64,000 nt of DNA from Candidatus Enterocola sp. Lineage in GTDB: Bacteria > Bacteroidota > Bacteroidia > Bacteroidales > Paludibacteraceae. Shown here piece after piece: positions 37,103-47,622 of the stretch. Numbering within the stretch: the first letter of the stretch is position 1; the number at the start of each line of letters is the position of its first letter. The stretch is from contig JAZKYP010000015.1 of the NCBI GenBank assembly GCA_045612225.1, positions 34,125-98,124 of the forward strand, read 5' to 3'. The position numbers were made by a program, and so were the translations under genes. The notes under the pieces were generated by a model. The model worked only from the letters and a program-made list of their open reading frames with translations. It was not told where the DNA came from and made no database searches.

Positions 37103-37981
37103 ATGATATTAATCGACGGAAAAAAGACTGCAGATGATATTAAATTAGAGATTGCAGAAGAAGTAAAACAATTACTTGCAGAAGGTAAAAAACAACCACA
37201 CCTTGTTGCTATTCTTGTAGGTCACGATGGTGGTAGCGAAACTTACGTGGCTGCTAAATGCAAAGCATGTGAAATGTGTGGTTTCAAATCTACACTTATT
37301 CGTTACGAAGACGATGTAACAGAAGCAGAACTTCTATCTCGCATCGAAGAGCTAAACAACGATGACGATGTAGATGGTTTCATTGTGCAACTTCCTCTTC
37401 CAAAACATATTTCTGAGCAAAAAATCATTGAAGCTATCGACTACAGAAAAGACGTGGATGGTTTCCACCCAATCAACGTTGGTCGTACTTCTATTGGTCT
37501 TCCTGCATTCGTATCAGCTACACCAGCAGGTATCCTAGAACTTCTAAAACGTTACGAAATAGAAACTGCAGGTAAACACGTTGTAGTCCTAGGTAGAAGT
37601 AATATCGTAGGTAAACCAGTGGCTCAACTTCTTATGCAAAAAGCATATCCAGGCAATGCTACTGTTACAGTTTGCCACAGCTATAGTAAAGACCTTAAAG
37701 AACAATGCTTAAAAGCCGATATTATCATAGCAGCTCTTGGCTCTCCAAACTTTGTTACTGCAGATATGGTTAAAGAAGGTGCAGTTATAGTGGACGTTGG
37801 TACAACTCGCGTGCCAAACGCAAACACAAAATCTGGCTTTAAACTTACTGGTGACGTAAAATTTGATGAAGTAGCACCAAAATGCTCATACATCACTCCA
37901 GTACCAGGTGGCGTAGGTCCAATGACTATTTGCTCCCTAATGAAAAACACCCTTCTAGCAGGCAAAAAAGCAATATATTAA
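37103..37981 (+). CDS. folD: Bifunctional methylenetetrahydrofolate dehydrogenase / methenyltetrahydrofolate cyclohydrolase
   Basis: The ORF track gives 37070-37981. I place the start at the ATG at 37103 ([14 protein letters not shown]), 2 nt after the ffh stop. Typical FolD motifs: [36 protein letters not shown]. Confidence 0.93.
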   Translation: MILIDGKKTADDIKLEIAEEVKQLLAEGKKQPHLVAILVGHDGGSETYVAAKCKACEMCGFKSTLIRYEDDVTEAELLSRIEELNNDDDVDGFIVQLPLPKHISEQKIIEAIDYRKDVDGFHPINVGRTSIGLPAFVSATPAGILELLKRYEIETAGKHVVVLGRSNIVGKPVAQLLMQKAYPGNATVTVCHSYSKDLKEQCLKADIIIAALGSPNFVTADMVKEGAVIVDVGTTRVPNANTKSGFKLTGDVKFDEVAPKCSYITPVPGGVGPMTICSLMKNTLLAGKKAIY

Positions 37982-37998
37982 TTTTAAAATATAATAAT

Positions 37999-38036
37999 AA
38001 ATTAGAGTGACTATGATAATAGTCACTCTAATTTAT
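37999..38036 (+). terminator. Hairpin terminator after folD
   Basis: 15-bp stem AAATTAGAGTGACTA / TAGTCACTCTAATTT with a 6-nt loop, followed by a T/A-rich tract that is not a clean U-run. Confidence 0.55.
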
Positions 38037-38040
38037 ATAA

Positions 38041-38112
38041 GGTCCCATAGTTTAATGGATAAAATAAAAGATTCCGGTTCTTTCGATGCGAGTTCGATTC
38101 TCGCTGGGACCT
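38041..38112 (+). tRNA. tRNA-Arg (anticodon CCG)
   Basis: Hand-folded: acceptor GGTCCCA / TGGGACC, D arm GTTT-AATGGATA-AAAT, anticodon arm AAAGA-TTCCGGT-TCTTT, 4-nt variable loop, T arm GCGAG-TTCGATT-CTCGC. Confidence 0.85.
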
Positions 38113-38156
38113 CTAAAAAAAAGAATGGTAACTCCTATGAGCTACCATTCTTTTTA
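38113..38156. terminator. Bidirectional terminator between tRNA-Arg and asnA
   Basis: An A-run, then stem AAGAATGGTA / TACCATTCTT, then a T-run. It should work in both orientations. Confidence 0.8.
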
Positions 38157-38175
38157 CATTGTAAGGGAAATTTCC

Positions 38176-39210
38176 TTATAACAAGTTAATGCCATTTTCT
38201 TTGCAAATCTTTCGCATTTCTTCTGGCCAAATCGATGCTTGGATTTCGCCAACGTGGGCTTTTCTAAGCATAAACATACATAGGCGAGATTGACCAATAC
38301 CGCCACCCATTGTTAAAGGTAGGCTACCTTCAAGTAGGCGTTTGTGGTAGTAGAATTGTTTGCGTTGTTCCTGATCTGTTAGAGCTAGTTGGTTTTCTAG
38401 AGATTCTTTATTTACTCTTATACCCATAGAAGAAAGTTCTAGGGCTTGGTCTAGAATATTGTCCCAAACAAGAATGTCTCCGTTTAGACCTGCAAAACCA
38501 TCGCTGTTTGCTGTGCTCCAATCGTCGTAGTCTGGAGCTCTGCCGTCGTGTTTCTCGCCGTTTGAAAGTTTGCAACCAATACCCATAATAAATACAGCAC
38601 CGTATTTTTTTGTAATAAGGTTTTCTCTTTCTTTGGCAGTTTTGTCTGGATACATTTGAAGTAGTTCTTCTGAATGTATCATGAAAATATCCTTAGGAAG
38701 TTGTGGTTTGATTTCTGGGAACATTTCGTATACTGCATATTCAGAACGAACCATTACAGCATAGATTCTTCTTACAACTTCTTTAAGGTATTCTATATTG
38801 CGGTCTTTTTCGTCGATAACAAGTTCCCAATCCCATTGGTCTACATAAAGTGAGTGGGTGTTGTCTAGTTCTTCGTCGGCACGAATGGCATTCATGTCTG
38901 TATAAAGACCAAATCCAGCTTCTGTGTTGTAGTCGGCTAGGGTGATGCGTTTCCATTTTGCAAGTGAATGAACCACTTCTGCTTGTGCTCCGTTCATATC
39001 CTTGATAGGGAAACTAACTGGTCTTTCCACACCATTTAAGTCGTCGTTGATACCCATACCTGTTAGCACAAATAGGGGAGCAGTAACTCTTCTTAGGCGT
39101 AGTTCCGCAGACAAGTTGCTTTGGAAGAAATCTTTAAAATATTTAATAGCTCTTTCTGTTTGCCAAGTGTCTAAAGAGCTTTTATAACCTTTTGGAGTGA
39201 TTAGTTTCAT
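38176..39210 (-). CDS. asnA: Aspartate--ammonia ligase (asparagine synthetase A)
   Basis: 344 aa with a class-II aaRS-like AsnA core (...GGGIGQSRLCMFML...). Confidence 0.9.
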   Translation of the reverse strand: MKLITPKGYKSSLDTWQTERAIKYFKDFFQSNLSAELRLRRVTAPLFVLTGMGINDDLNGVERPVSFPIKDMNGAQAEVVHSLAKWKRITLADYNTEAGFGLYTDMNAIRADEELDNTHSLYVDQWDWELVIDEKDRNIEYLKEVVRRIYAVMVRSEYAVYEMFPEIKPQLPKDIFMIHSEELLQMYPDKTAKERENLITKKYGAVFIMGIGCKLSNGEKHDGRAPDYDDWSTANSDGFAGLNGDILVWDNILDQALELSSMGIRVNKESLENQLALTDQEQRKQFYYHKRLLEGSLPLTMGGGIGQSRLCMFMLRKAHVGEIQASIWPEEMRKICKENGINLL

Positions 39211-40589
39211 CCTAGTTTTTCAATAATGTTTATAATTTCTTGACCTAGTTCGTCTGCTTCTTGCATTGTTTGGGCTTCTGAGTAGATACGAATGATAGGT
39301 TCTGTATTAGATTTTCTTAGGTGTACCCATTTTTCTGGGAAGTCGATTTTTACACCGTCGATAGTGTTAACTTTTTCTGATGCAAACTTTTCTTCCACTT
39401 GTTTAAGAATAGCATCCACGTCGATAGCAGGGCTAAGTTCTATTTTTTGTTTAGAAATAAAGTATGCTGGGTAGGTTTTTCTAAGCTCAGACACTTTCAT
39501 GTTTTTGTGAGCTAAGTGGCTTAAGAACAATGCAATACCCACAAGAGCATCTCTACCATAGTGGCTTTCTGGATAGATAACACCACCATTACCTTCACCA
39601 CCAATAATAGCGTTGGTTGCTTTCATTTTGGTAACTACGTTTACTTCGCCTACTGCAGCAGCTTCATAACTTCCGCCGTGAGCGCGAGTAACATCGCTAA
39701 GAGCACGAGTAGAACTTAAGTTTGAAACAGTATTACCAGGAGTGTGAGAAAGCACATAGTCTGCCACGCTAACTAGTGTATATTCTTCGCCAAACATTTC
39801 ACCGTTTTCTGAGATGATAGCAAGACGGTCTACGTCTGGATCCACTACAAATGCCACATCGTTATCGCCTTTAGCCATTAAATTCATTATGTCTTGAAGG
39901 TTCTTTTCTAGTGGTTCTGGGTTGTGTTGGAAGTCACCAGTTGGTTCACCATATAGGCTAGTAACTGTGTTTACGCCAAGAGCGTTAAGAAGTTTTGGTA
40001 AGATAATACCACCTACAGAGTTTACACAGTCTAGTGCAACTTTGAAGTTTGCTTTCTTAATAGCTTCTACATCCACAAGTTTAAGACCAAGAACTGCCTC
40101 GATATGTTTGTCTGTATAATCTTTTTTAATTTCTTTGCCTAGTTCTGTTACTTCTACGTATTCGTAGTCGTCGTTTTCTGCTAGAGCAAGTACTTCTTCG
40201 CCTTCTTCTTTATTTAGGAATTCGCCTTTTTCATTAAGAAGTTTTAGAGCATTCCATTGTTTTGGGTTGTGGCTAGCTGTTAGGATAATACCGCCGCATG
40301 CACCTTCCATTGTAACTGCAAGCTCTGTAGTAGGGGTAGATGCTAGACCAATATTGACAACATCAAATCCCATACCCATAAGAGTGCCGCAAACAAGTTT
40401 TTCAACCATTTTTCCAGAAAGACGAGCGTCTCTACCAACTACTATTTTATTTGTTTTAATGGTAGAACTCTTACGAATGATTTTAGCGTAAGCTGATGTA
40501 AATTTTACAACATCTACAGGACTAAGTCCGTCGCCAACAGGGCCACCGATGGTGCCTCTAATGCCTGAAATAGATTTGATTAAAGTCAT
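39207..40589 (-). CDS. glmM: Phosphoglucosamine mutase
   Basis: 460 aa with the phosphohexomutase active-site loop TASHNP and a metal-binding loop DPDVDR. Confidence 0.88.
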   Translation of the reverse strand: MTLIKSISGIRGTIGGPVGDGLSPVDVVKFTSAYAKIIRKSSTIKTNKIVVGRDARLSGKMVEKLVCGTLMGMGFDVVNIGLASTPTTELAVTMEGACGGIILTASHNPKQWNALKLLNEKGEFLNKEEGEEVLALAENDDYEYVEVTELGKEIKKDYTDKHIEAVLGLKLVDVEAIKKANFKVALDCVNSVGGIILPKLLNALGVNTVTSLYGEPTGDFQHNPEPLEKNLQDIMNLMAKGDNDVAFVVDPDVDRLAIISENGEMFGEEYTLVSVADYVLSHTPGNTVSNLSSTRALSDVTRAHGGSYEAAAVGEVNVVTKMKATNAIIGGEGNGGVIYPESHYGRDALVGIALFLSHLAHKNMKVSELRKTYPAYFISKQKIELSPAIDVDAILKQVEEKFASEKVNTIDGVKIDFPEKWVHLRKSNTEPIIRIYSEAQTMQEADELGQEIINIIEKLG

Positions 40590-40591
40590 AA

Positions 40592-41119
40592 TTAATTAGT
40601 TATAGTGGTTTCATCTACAAAGATTCTAATAGTTACAACGTCTTCAGTTTGTTCTGGAGTACCTAGTTTAGAATCTACTAGTAATTCAAATTTATCTTCA
40701 TGTCTGATGCATGATGCTGCATCTATTAATGCGATACTTGGAGTATATCCATTAGGAGAATATACATAAATATAACCTTCTCTGCTATTTATGTTTTGAC
40801 CGTATGTTTCTCCATCTAAATTATACGCTCTGTATCTTAAAACTATGGTGTTGCCATTTTTTGCAACTCTTTTTTCTCCTTCTCTAGAAATTAATCTAAT
40901 ATATGTGCCTCTGTGAGTTTCAAAATATAAATTCTCTGGCCATGGAGTAGGTAAAGAAAAACAGTATGCAGAGTCTCTAGAGAATACTAAATTGCGATTT
41001 TCTGTGTATTCACTAAACTTTTGTTGTTCTGCTTTTCTCTTTTTTGCATAGCTTTCTGATTTACAAGAAGCTAAAAGAAGTAAACAAAAAATGAAACCTA
41101 TGAATTTTAATTTATTCAT
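40592..41119 (-). CDS. Hypothetical lipoprotein
   Basis: 175 aa; signal peptide with lipobox LLLASC. Confidence 0.65.
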   Translation of the reverse strand: MNKLKFIGFIFCLLLLASCKSESYAKKRKAEQQKFSEYTENRNLVFSRDSAYCFSLPTPWPENLYFETHRGTYIRLISREGEKRVAKNGNTIVLRYRAYNLDGETYGQNINSREGYIYVYSPNGYTPSIALIDAASCIRHEDKFELLVDSKLGTPEQTEDVVTIRIFVDETTITN

Positions 41120-41624
41120 TCGTTTTTAAAACTTTTATTTTATAAAGAACAGGTGTTCTAGATGTAATGCAATTACTTATTCCTTTTATGCCGTATGCAA
41201 GTGACGAAGGGGAAATAATCCAAATTTCATCGCCTACGTGAGCATTTGCAAGTGTAAGGTCTAATACTTTAGTATGGTCTCGTTTACCGAGTCGTAATGT
41301 AAGAGAGTCTAACTCTTTGCAAGGTGTGCCACCTAATACTTGTACGGTGCCAGAAATTGTAACTATGTCGTTTACTTTTGCTCCTTTATTGGAATTTACA
41401 ACCTTGTACCAATAACCAGCATCGGATTTTATAAATTCTACACTAGAACTATCTAGATATGCCCCGATTTCTGCCATTTCTGCTTCTATACACATCTTAT
41501 TATATGTCATCATATCCATCTTTTCATCGCTAATGGTAGCTTTGTTTGATGGAAGTTGTGCACTCTGACGAGTGCAACAACATAATAATATGATAATAGA
41601 AACTATGACTGAAAAACGTTTCAT
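41112..41624 (-). CDS. Lipoprotein with a degenerate FKBP-like domain
   Basis: 170 aa with a signal peptide and Cys cluster (LLCCCT). GYWYKVV...VTISGTVQVLGG...LRLGK...VGDEIWIISPSSLAYGIKG follows the FKBP PPIase pattern, but the usual catalytic residues are changed. The start shares 1 nt with the thrA stop. Confidence 0.55.
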   Translation of the reverse strand: MKRFSVIVSIIILLCCCTRQSAQLPSNKATISDEKMDMMTYNKMCIEAEMAEIGAYLDSSSVEFIKSDAGYWYKVVNSNKGAKVNDIVTISGTVQVLGGTPCKELDSLTLRLGKRDHTKVLDLTLANAHVGDEIWIISPSSLAYGIKGISNCITSRTPVLYKIKVLKTNE

Positions 41625-44050
41625 TATCTAATGTTTGCAATGCTCATAATGTCACCAAACACACCTGCAGCTGTTACGCTAGCACCAGCACCGTAACCTT
41701 TAATAATCATTGGGTCATTAAAGTAACGTTCTGTTTGGATGGTAACAATATTGTTACTACCTTCTAGATCGTAGAATGGATGAGAAGGGCTCACTGCTTG
41801 AAGACCTACTTCACAAACACCTTCTTTCATAGTTGCTACGAAACGATATTTTTTGTTTTCAGCAGCAAGTTGTTTGCGTTTTTCTTCAAACTCTGCATCA
41901 AGTTCAGAAATGCTTGCCCAGAAATCTTCTAATGTACCTTCGAAGTATTTGTCTGGAACGAATAGGTTTTTCTTAACGTCTGCTTGTTCTACTTTATATC
42001 CAGATTCGCGAGCAAGAATCACAATTTTACGAATAACATCTGTTCCGCTTAGGTCGATACGTGGGTCTGGTTCTGCAAAACGTGCTTCTTTTGCCATTTC
42101 TATTGTTTTAGAGAATGGAATAGTTTCGCTAATGGTGTTGAAGATATAGTTAAGAGTACCAGAAAGTACAGCTTCAATTTTCAAGATGCGGTCACCACTA
42201 TTTATTAAGCTATTCATAGTGTTGATAATAGGAAGACCTGCACCTACATTAGTTTCAAATAGATATTTAATACCTTTTTTGCGAGCAGTGTTTTTAAGCT
42301 CTTCATATAGGTCGTATGGACCAGAAGTAGCTGTTTTGTTTGCTGCAACTACAGAAATATTGTGTTTAAGAAGGTCTAGATATAGGCTAGAAATAGCAGC
42401 ACTAGCAGTACAATCTACAAACACAGAGTTGAACAAGTTCATTTCGATAATCTTGTTTTTAATATCTTCAGGTTTGGTAGGAGTACCTTTTTCTTTTAAT
42501 ATTGTTTGATAGTTTTTAAGGTCAATACCATGTTCGTCAAATACAGAACCATTAATATCTGTAATACCTACAACATTAAGTTTAACACTGTTTTGTTTAA
42601 GGATTTTTTCTTGTTGGTGTTCTATTTGTTCTAATAGACTACCGCCAACAGTACCAGTTCCTACTAAGAAAATGTTTAGTACTTGGTAATCTGCTAAAAA
42701 GAATGCATCGTGTAACACGTTAAGAGCTTTAGTTAGATATTTACGTTTAATTACAAATGAAATGTTTGTTTCTGAAGCACCTTGAGCGCAAGCGATAATA
42801 TTAATGCCGCTTCTGCCTAGAGTGTCGAATAATTTGCCTGCAAGACCCATATTGTGACGCATATTGTCGCCAACGATAGCCACTGTAGCCAAATCGCTTT
42901 TTGGTTCGATAGAACCAATTTCACCGTTTTCAAGTTCTGTTTTGAATTCTTCTTTAAGAGCTTGAACAGCTATTTCAGCTTCTTCGTTTTTAATAGCAAA
43001 TGTGGTAGAGTTTTCTGAAGATGCTTGAGAAATTAAGAAAACACTGATACCTTGGTTTGCCAATGCTTGGAAGGTGCGAGAGCTAATGCCAGATACTCCA
43101 ACCATACCCATGCCTTGAAGTGTGATAAGGCAAGTGTCGTTGATAGAAGATATACCTTTAATAGCTTTGCCTTCTGCAGATTTTTGACCAGAAATTTTTG
43201 TTCCTTTAAATTCTGGATTGTATGAGTTTCTAATATATAAAGGAATATTCTTTTCGTAAACAGGATAAATTGTAGGTGGATATATAACTTTAGCACCAAA
43301 GTTTGAAAGTTCCACTGCTTCTATATAAGAAAGTTCCTCAATAGTATAAGCATTGCGTACTAAACGTGGGTCTGCTGTTAAGAAACCATCTACATCAGTC
43401 CAAATTTCTAATGCGTCAGCGTTAAGTGCACTAGCCACAATAGCAGCTGTGTAGTCTGAACCACCGCGTCCTAGGTTTGTAATTTCGCCTAATTCAACAT
43501 CTGAAGAAATGAAACCACCCATAACTATTCTTTCTTCACCATTATAAGCATTTTCTAAATTTGAATATGTTAGGGCAGAGTTTAGAATATTTTTTCTAAG
43601 ACCTTTATTAGTTTTAATTAATTCTAATGAGTTCCAATGTTTTGCATTTAACACAGATGCCACAATGATAGAAGAAATTCTTTCACCATAACTAACCACA
43701 AGGTCCATATCTTTTGAAGATATATTTTCAATACCTTCTACACTTTTTAATATAGTGCTTACTTCTTCTAAAAGAACGTTTACTTGTTCTTTAACAGAGG
43801 TAAGTTTATCGGCAGGTACAACTCCGTCGATGATAGTGTTGTGAATGTTACAGATGTTTTCAAAATCTGTGGTGTATGTAGTGTCTGATGTTACTGCTTT
43901 CGTGGTGGTGGCGATAAGTTTATCTGTGATTCCGCCCACTGCTGATACTACCACAATGGCAGGCTCCGCCATTGCATCAACTATTTTCTTTACTCTCTGA
44001 ATGCTTTCTACGGAACCTACGGATGTTCCGCCGAATTTTAATACTTTCAT
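41624..44050 (-). CDS. thrA: Bifunctional aspartokinase / homoserine dehydrogenase
   Basis: The ORF track gives 41624-44095. I place the start at the ATG at 44050 (MKVLKFGGTSVGS). Kinase domain plus ACT regions, with a C-terminal homoserine dehydrogenase (LVGTGTVGGSL Rossmann motif). Confidence 0.92.
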   Translation of the reverse strand: MKVLKFGGTSVGSVESIQRVKKIVDAMAEPAIVVVSAVGGITDKLIATTTKAVTSDTTYTTDFENICNIHNTIIDGVVPADKLTSVKEQVNVLLEEVSTILKSVEGIENISSKDMDLVVSYGERISSIIVASVLNAKHWNSLELIKTNKGLRKNILNSALTYSNLENAYNGEERIVMGGFISSDVELGEITNLGRGGSDYTAAIVASALNADALEIWTDVDGFLTADPRLVRNAYTIEELSYIEAVELSNFGAKVIYPPTIYPVYEKNIPLYIRNSYNPEFKGTKISGQKSAEGKAIKGISSINDTCLITLQGMGMVGVSGISSRTFQALANQGISVFLISQASSENSTTFAIKNEEAEIAVQALKEEFKTELENGEIGSIEPKSDLATVAIVGDNMRHNMGLAGKLFDTLGRSGINIIACAQGASETNISFVIKRKYLTKALNVLHDAFFLADYQVLNIFLVGTGTVGGSLLEQIEHQQEKILKQNSVKLNVVGITDINGSVFDEHGIDLKNYQTILKEKGTPTKPEDIKNKIIEMNLFNSVFVDCTASAAISSLYLDLLKHNISVVAANKTATSGPYDLYEELKNTARKKGIKYLFETNVGAGLPIINTMNSLINSGDRILKIEAVLSGTLNYIFNTISETIPFSKTIEMAKEARFAEPDPRIDLSGTDVIRKIVILARESGYKVEQADVKKNLFVPDKYFEGTLEDFWASISELDAEFEEKRKQLAAENKKYRFVATMKEGVCEVGLQAVSPSHPFYDLEGSNNIVTIQTERYFNDPMIIKGYGAGASVTAAGVFGDIMSIANIR

Positions 44051-44184
44051 GTTCAAAAAAATTAAATTAAAATATGTTTTGTAAAAATTATGCAATATTA
44101 CGATTTTTTTGCCGAATATAGAAATATGACGTGCTAAAAATGATAAAAAACTTATTAAAAGTAGTATTTATTCGATAAAAATGT

Positions 44185-44192
44185 TATATTTG
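44185..44192 (+). promoter_or_regulatory. Putative -7 promoter box for the DUF349 gene
   Basis: TATATTTG, about 30 nt upstream of the ATG at 44222. Confidence 0.45.
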
Positions 44193-44221
44193 CATCTTGT
44201 GTAATGTATTTGTTTAGCGCT

Positions 44222-45679
44222 ATGGAACAAGTTGAAGAAAAAATGGTAAGTTTAGAAGATATAATTCTTCAAACTGAGAACTCTCTTAAGGGCGAAGACC
44301 CTCGTGCAGAAATAACTCGTCTAAAAAGCCTTTTTTATAAAACAAAAGAGGGCTTGATGGCCGAAAGTAAAAAACAATGGATTGAATCTGGAAATGATGA
44401 AGAGCAGTGGAGTTTTGATTGTCCAGAAGAAGAACGCTTTAAGGCATTGCTAGAAGAGTATAAACAAACTCGTGCTATGCAACTTAAAACTGCTGCAGAG
44501 GCAGAGGAAAAAGCGTTTGAGAGAAAGAAAGTTATTTTAGATGAACTTTCTAAACTGGTGGAAATTCCTGAAAATGTAGATAAATTGTTCCCTCAAGTGC
44601 GTGAACTTCAACAAGCATGGAAAGAAGCAGGAGAGGTGTCACAAAATAAATACAATGACTTGGTAAAAAAATATCAAGTTTTAATTGAAAAATTCTATGA
44701 TTTCGTAAAAATAAGCAACGAACTTAGAGATTACGATTTCAAGAAAAATTTAGAGGCAAAAATTGCACTTTGCGAGGCTGCTGAAAAACTAAAAGAAGAG
44801 AAAAAATTAAATGTAGCATTCCAAAAACTTCAGGCTTTACATGCAGAATGGAGAGAACTTGGTCCTGTGTCTAAAGAACATAGAGAACAAGTTTGGAATA
44901 GATTTAAAGAAGCTTCAGATATTATCAACAAGGGACATGCAGTGTTCTACCAATCTAAAAAAGAAGAGGAAGTAGAAAATCTAAAAAATAAAACTGCTCT
45001 TTGCGAAAAAATTGAAGCAATAGATTTAAAGAAAATTTCTTCTTATAAAGAATGGGAGAAAGTAACTGAAAAAGTACTTGAAATTCAAGCTGAATGGAAG
45101 AAAATTGGTTTTGCTCCTAAGAAAAACAATACAAAAATTTACGAACGCTTCAGAGCGGCTTGTGATGCTCTTTTTGAAGCTAAAAGTGAGTTCTATAAAA
45201 CTGCAAAAGATAAACTTTCAACAAATCTAAAAGCTAAAAAAGAACTTATTGCAAAAGCAGAAGAACTAAAAGATAGCAAAAACTGGAAGAGCACTACAGA
45301 AAAATTCATTGCTCTACAAAAAGAGTGGAAGAAAATTGGACCTGTTCCAAATAAAATTTCAGAACAAATTTGGAAAAAATTCAATAGCGCTTGCGATGCT
45401 TTCTTTGCAGCAAAAGCTAAGGCACAAGAGGGTGAAAAATCTATCAATGTTATCAGAAAAGAAAGAGATAAACTTATTCGTGCTTACGAAGCAAATCGTG
45501 CAATAATAGCTACTCGCGAGAATAATATTGGTTTCCTAACTACAGGCAAATCAAAAGAAGAAAATCCACTTGTAGCAGAAATGCTTAAGAATATTGAAAA
45601 ACTTAAAGCTGACCAAGTAGAATTAGTAAAGAAAATTAAAGCTTTAGAAGAAAAAATAAGAAATGCAGAAGAAAATTAG
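44222..45679 (+). CDS. DUF349-repeat protein
   Basis: The start is moved to the ATG at 44222 (MEQVEEK), downstream of the promoter box. There are five or six repeats of the DUF349 signature (Q.WKE.GEV / EWRELGPVSKE / EWKKIGFAPKK / EWKKIGPVPNK). Confidence 0.8.
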   Translation: MEQVEEKMVSLEDIILQTENSLKGEDPRAEITRLKSLFYKTKEGLMAESKKQWIESGNDEEQWSFDCPEEERFKALLEEYKQTRAMQLKTAAEAEEKAFERKKVILDELSKLVEIPENVDKLFPQVRELQQAWKEAGEVSQNKYNDLVKKYQVLIEKFYDFVKISNELRDYDFKKNLEAKIALCEAAEKLKEEKKLNVAFQKLQALHAEWRELGPVSKEHREQVWNRFKEASDIINKGHAVFYQSKKEEEVENLKNKTALCEKIEAIDLKKISSYKEWEKVTEKVLEIQAEWKKIGFAPKKNNTKIYERFRAACDALFEAKSEFYKTAKDKLSTNLKAKKELIAKAEELKDSKNWKSTTEKFIALQKEWKKIGPVPNKISEQIWKKFNSACDAFFAAKAKAQEGEKSINVIRKERDKLIRAYEANRAIIATRENNIGFLTTGKSKEENPLVAEMLKNIEKLKADQVELVKKIKALEEKIRNAEEN

Positions 45680-46403
45680 TAATGATGGAACAATACGCCT
45701 AAACAGAGTGTTATCTAATGCAGGCGTATGTTCACGCAGGGATGCGGATGTTTATATTAAGGCTGGTGTTGTTACTGTAAATGGTAAAGTAGTAACCGAA
45801 CTTGGAACAAAAGTGAAACCTACCGACAAGGTGATGTTCCACGACCAAATGGTACAGTCTGAAAAGAAGGTTTATGTGCTACTTAATAAACCAAAAAACT
45901 GTGTTACCACAGTAACAGACCCTCGTGGTCGTATCACAGTGCTTGATATTGTGCGTGGAGCGTGCTCAGAAAGAATTTATCCTGTTGGTCGTCTAGACCG
46001 TAATACCACTGGTGTATTGCTACTTACAAACGACGGTCAACTTGCCGACAAACTTACACACCCACGTTTTGAGAAAAAGAAAATTTATCAAGTGAGCATA
46101 GATAAACCTCTTGAAAAAGAAGATTATGACAAAATCTTGAAAGGTTTCCAACTTGAAGATGGTTTTATTCAAGCAGACCAACTAGAGTATGTAAAAGATG
46201 GCAAACGCAAAGAAATAGGTATTGAGATTCACTCTGGACGCAACCGTATTGTTCGTAGAATTTTTGAACACTTAGGTTATAAAGTTGAAAAACTAGACAG
46301 AGTTTATTTCGCAGGTTTAACCAAATATAATTTGCCTCGTGGACGTTGGCGTCACTTAACAGAGCAAGAAGTTAACGCTCTTAAAATGGGGGCTTTTGAA
46401 TAA
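45663..46403 (+). CDS. rluB: Pseudouridine synthase, RsuA/RluB family
   Basis: 246 aa with an N-terminal S4 domain ([17 protein letters not shown]) and the catalytic motif [17 protein letters not shown]. Confidence 0.85.
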   Translation: MQKKISNDGTIRLNRVLSNAGVCSRRDADVYIKAGVVTVNGKVVTELGTKVKPTDKVMFHDQMVQSEKKVYVLLNKPKNCVTTVTDPRGRITVLDIVRGACSERIYPVGRLDRNTTGVLLLTNDGQLADKLTHPRFEKKKIYQVSIDKPLEKEDYDKILKGFQLEDGFIQADQLEYVKDGKRKEIGIEIHSGRNRIVRRIFEHLGYKVEKLDRVYFAGLTKYNLPRGRWRHLTEQEVNALKMGAFE

Positions 46404-46422
46404 TTTAAGTCTAAGATTTAAT

Positions 46423-47103
46423 ATGTCGAAGATTTTAAAAGAAGAAAAGGCAATAGTGGTATTTAGTGGTGGACAAGACTCTACCACTTGTCTTTTTTGG
46501 GCGCTAGAACAGTTTAAAGATGTAATTTTGGTTACATTCGACTATGGTCAACGTCATGTAAAAGAGATAGAATGCGCTAAGGCAATAGCAGAGGAACTTG
46601 GTTTGGAGCATCATATTCTTGATATGGCTCTGCTAAACCAACTTGCTCCTAATTCGCTTACTCGCACCGATATTGAGGTGGATGAGGCTATTCCTGATGG
46701 CAAAACTGCGCCAAACAGTCTTGTGGAAGGCAGAAATATGCTCTTCCTTACCTTTGCTGCTGTACTTGCTAAAGGAAAAGACATTCGCCATATAGTAACT
46801 GGTGTGTGCGAAACAGACTTTAGTGGCTATCCAGACTGCCGTGATGTCTTTATAAAATCGCTTAATGTGACTCTCAATTTGTCGATGGATTACTCTTACG
46901 TGATTCATACTCCACTTATGTGGCTTACTAAGGCTCAAACATGGGAGCTTGCCGATAAATTGGGTAAACTTGATTATATTAGAGAAAAAACTCTTACTTG
47001 TTACAACGGCATTCAAGGTGATGGTTGCGGTCATTGTCCAGCCTGCACTCTTCGCCGTAGAGGTTTAGAACAATATTTAAAACTCATAACTCCTAACTCC
47101 TAA
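46423..47103 (+). CDS. queC: 7-cyano-7-deazaguanine synthase
   Basis: The ORF track start at 46396 is TTG and overlaps rluB, so I use the ATG at 46423 ([20 protein letters not shown]). PP-loop SGGQDS and C-terminal zinc Cys motif CYNG...GCGHCPAC. Confidence 0.9.
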   Translation: MSKILKEEKAIVVFSGGQDSTTCLFWALEQFKDVILVTFDYGQRHVKEIECAKAIAEELGLEHHILDMALLNQLAPNSLTRTDIEVDEAIPDGKTAPNSLVEGRNMLFLTFAAVLAKGKDIRHIVTGVCETDFSGYPDCRDVFIKSLNVTLNLSMDYSYVIHTPLMWLTKAQTWELADKLGKLDYIREKTLTCYNGIQGDGCGHCPACTLRRRGLEQYLKLITPNS

Positions 47104-47111
47104 CTTTTATT

Positions 47112-47573
47112 ATGTTACTAGGATCTGCAAATACAAAATACCCAACAGACTACGCACCAGAGGTGCTAGAATATTTTGAGAACAAACACAAAGGCAATGA
47201 CTATTTTGTAAAATTCAATTGTCCTGAGTTTACAAGTCTTTGTCCAATTACATCTCAACCAGACTTTGCAACCATCTACATCAGCTACATTCCAGATGAA
47301 AAAATGGTGGAAAGCAAATCGCTTAAACTTTACTTGTTTAGTTTTCGTAATAGGGGAGATTTTCATGAAGATTGTGTAAACATTATTATGAAAGACCTTA
47401 TAAAACTTATGGATCCAAAATACATTGAGGTAACAGGTAAATTCCTACCACGCGGTGGCATAAGCATAGACCCATACGCAAACTACGGTCGCCCAGGCAC
47501 CAAGTACGAAGAACTAGCGTGGTATAGATTACAAAACCATGATATGGTTTTAGAGAAAGTAGATAATAGATAA
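47112..47573 (+). CDS. queF: NADPH-dependent 7-cyano-7-deazaguanine reductase (type I)
   Basis: 153 aa with the catalytic Cys context [14 protein letters not shown] and the QueF motif [13 protein letters not shown]. Confidence 0.9.
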   Translation: MLLGSANTKYPTDYAPEVLEYFENKHKGNDYFVKFNCPEFTSLCPITSQPDFATIYISYIPDEKMVESKSLKLYLFSFRNRGDFHEDCVNIIMKDLIKLMDPKYIEVTGKFLPRGGISIDPYANYGRPGTKYEELAWYRLQNHDMVLEKVDNR

Positions 47574-47611
47574 AAAATAAAGCTTCATCAATTGATGAAG
47601 CTTATTTTTTT
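47574..47611. terminator. Bidirectional terminator between queF and the aldehyde dehydrogenase gene
   Basis: An A-run, then stem AAGCTTCATCA / TGATGAAGCTT, then a run of seven T. Confidence 0.85.
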
Positions 47612-47622
47612 GAGTTACTCTT

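Noticed and set aside
38007-38189. 60-aa ORF.
   Set aside because: It covers the folD terminator, the whole tRNA-Arg gene and the next terminator, so it is spurious.
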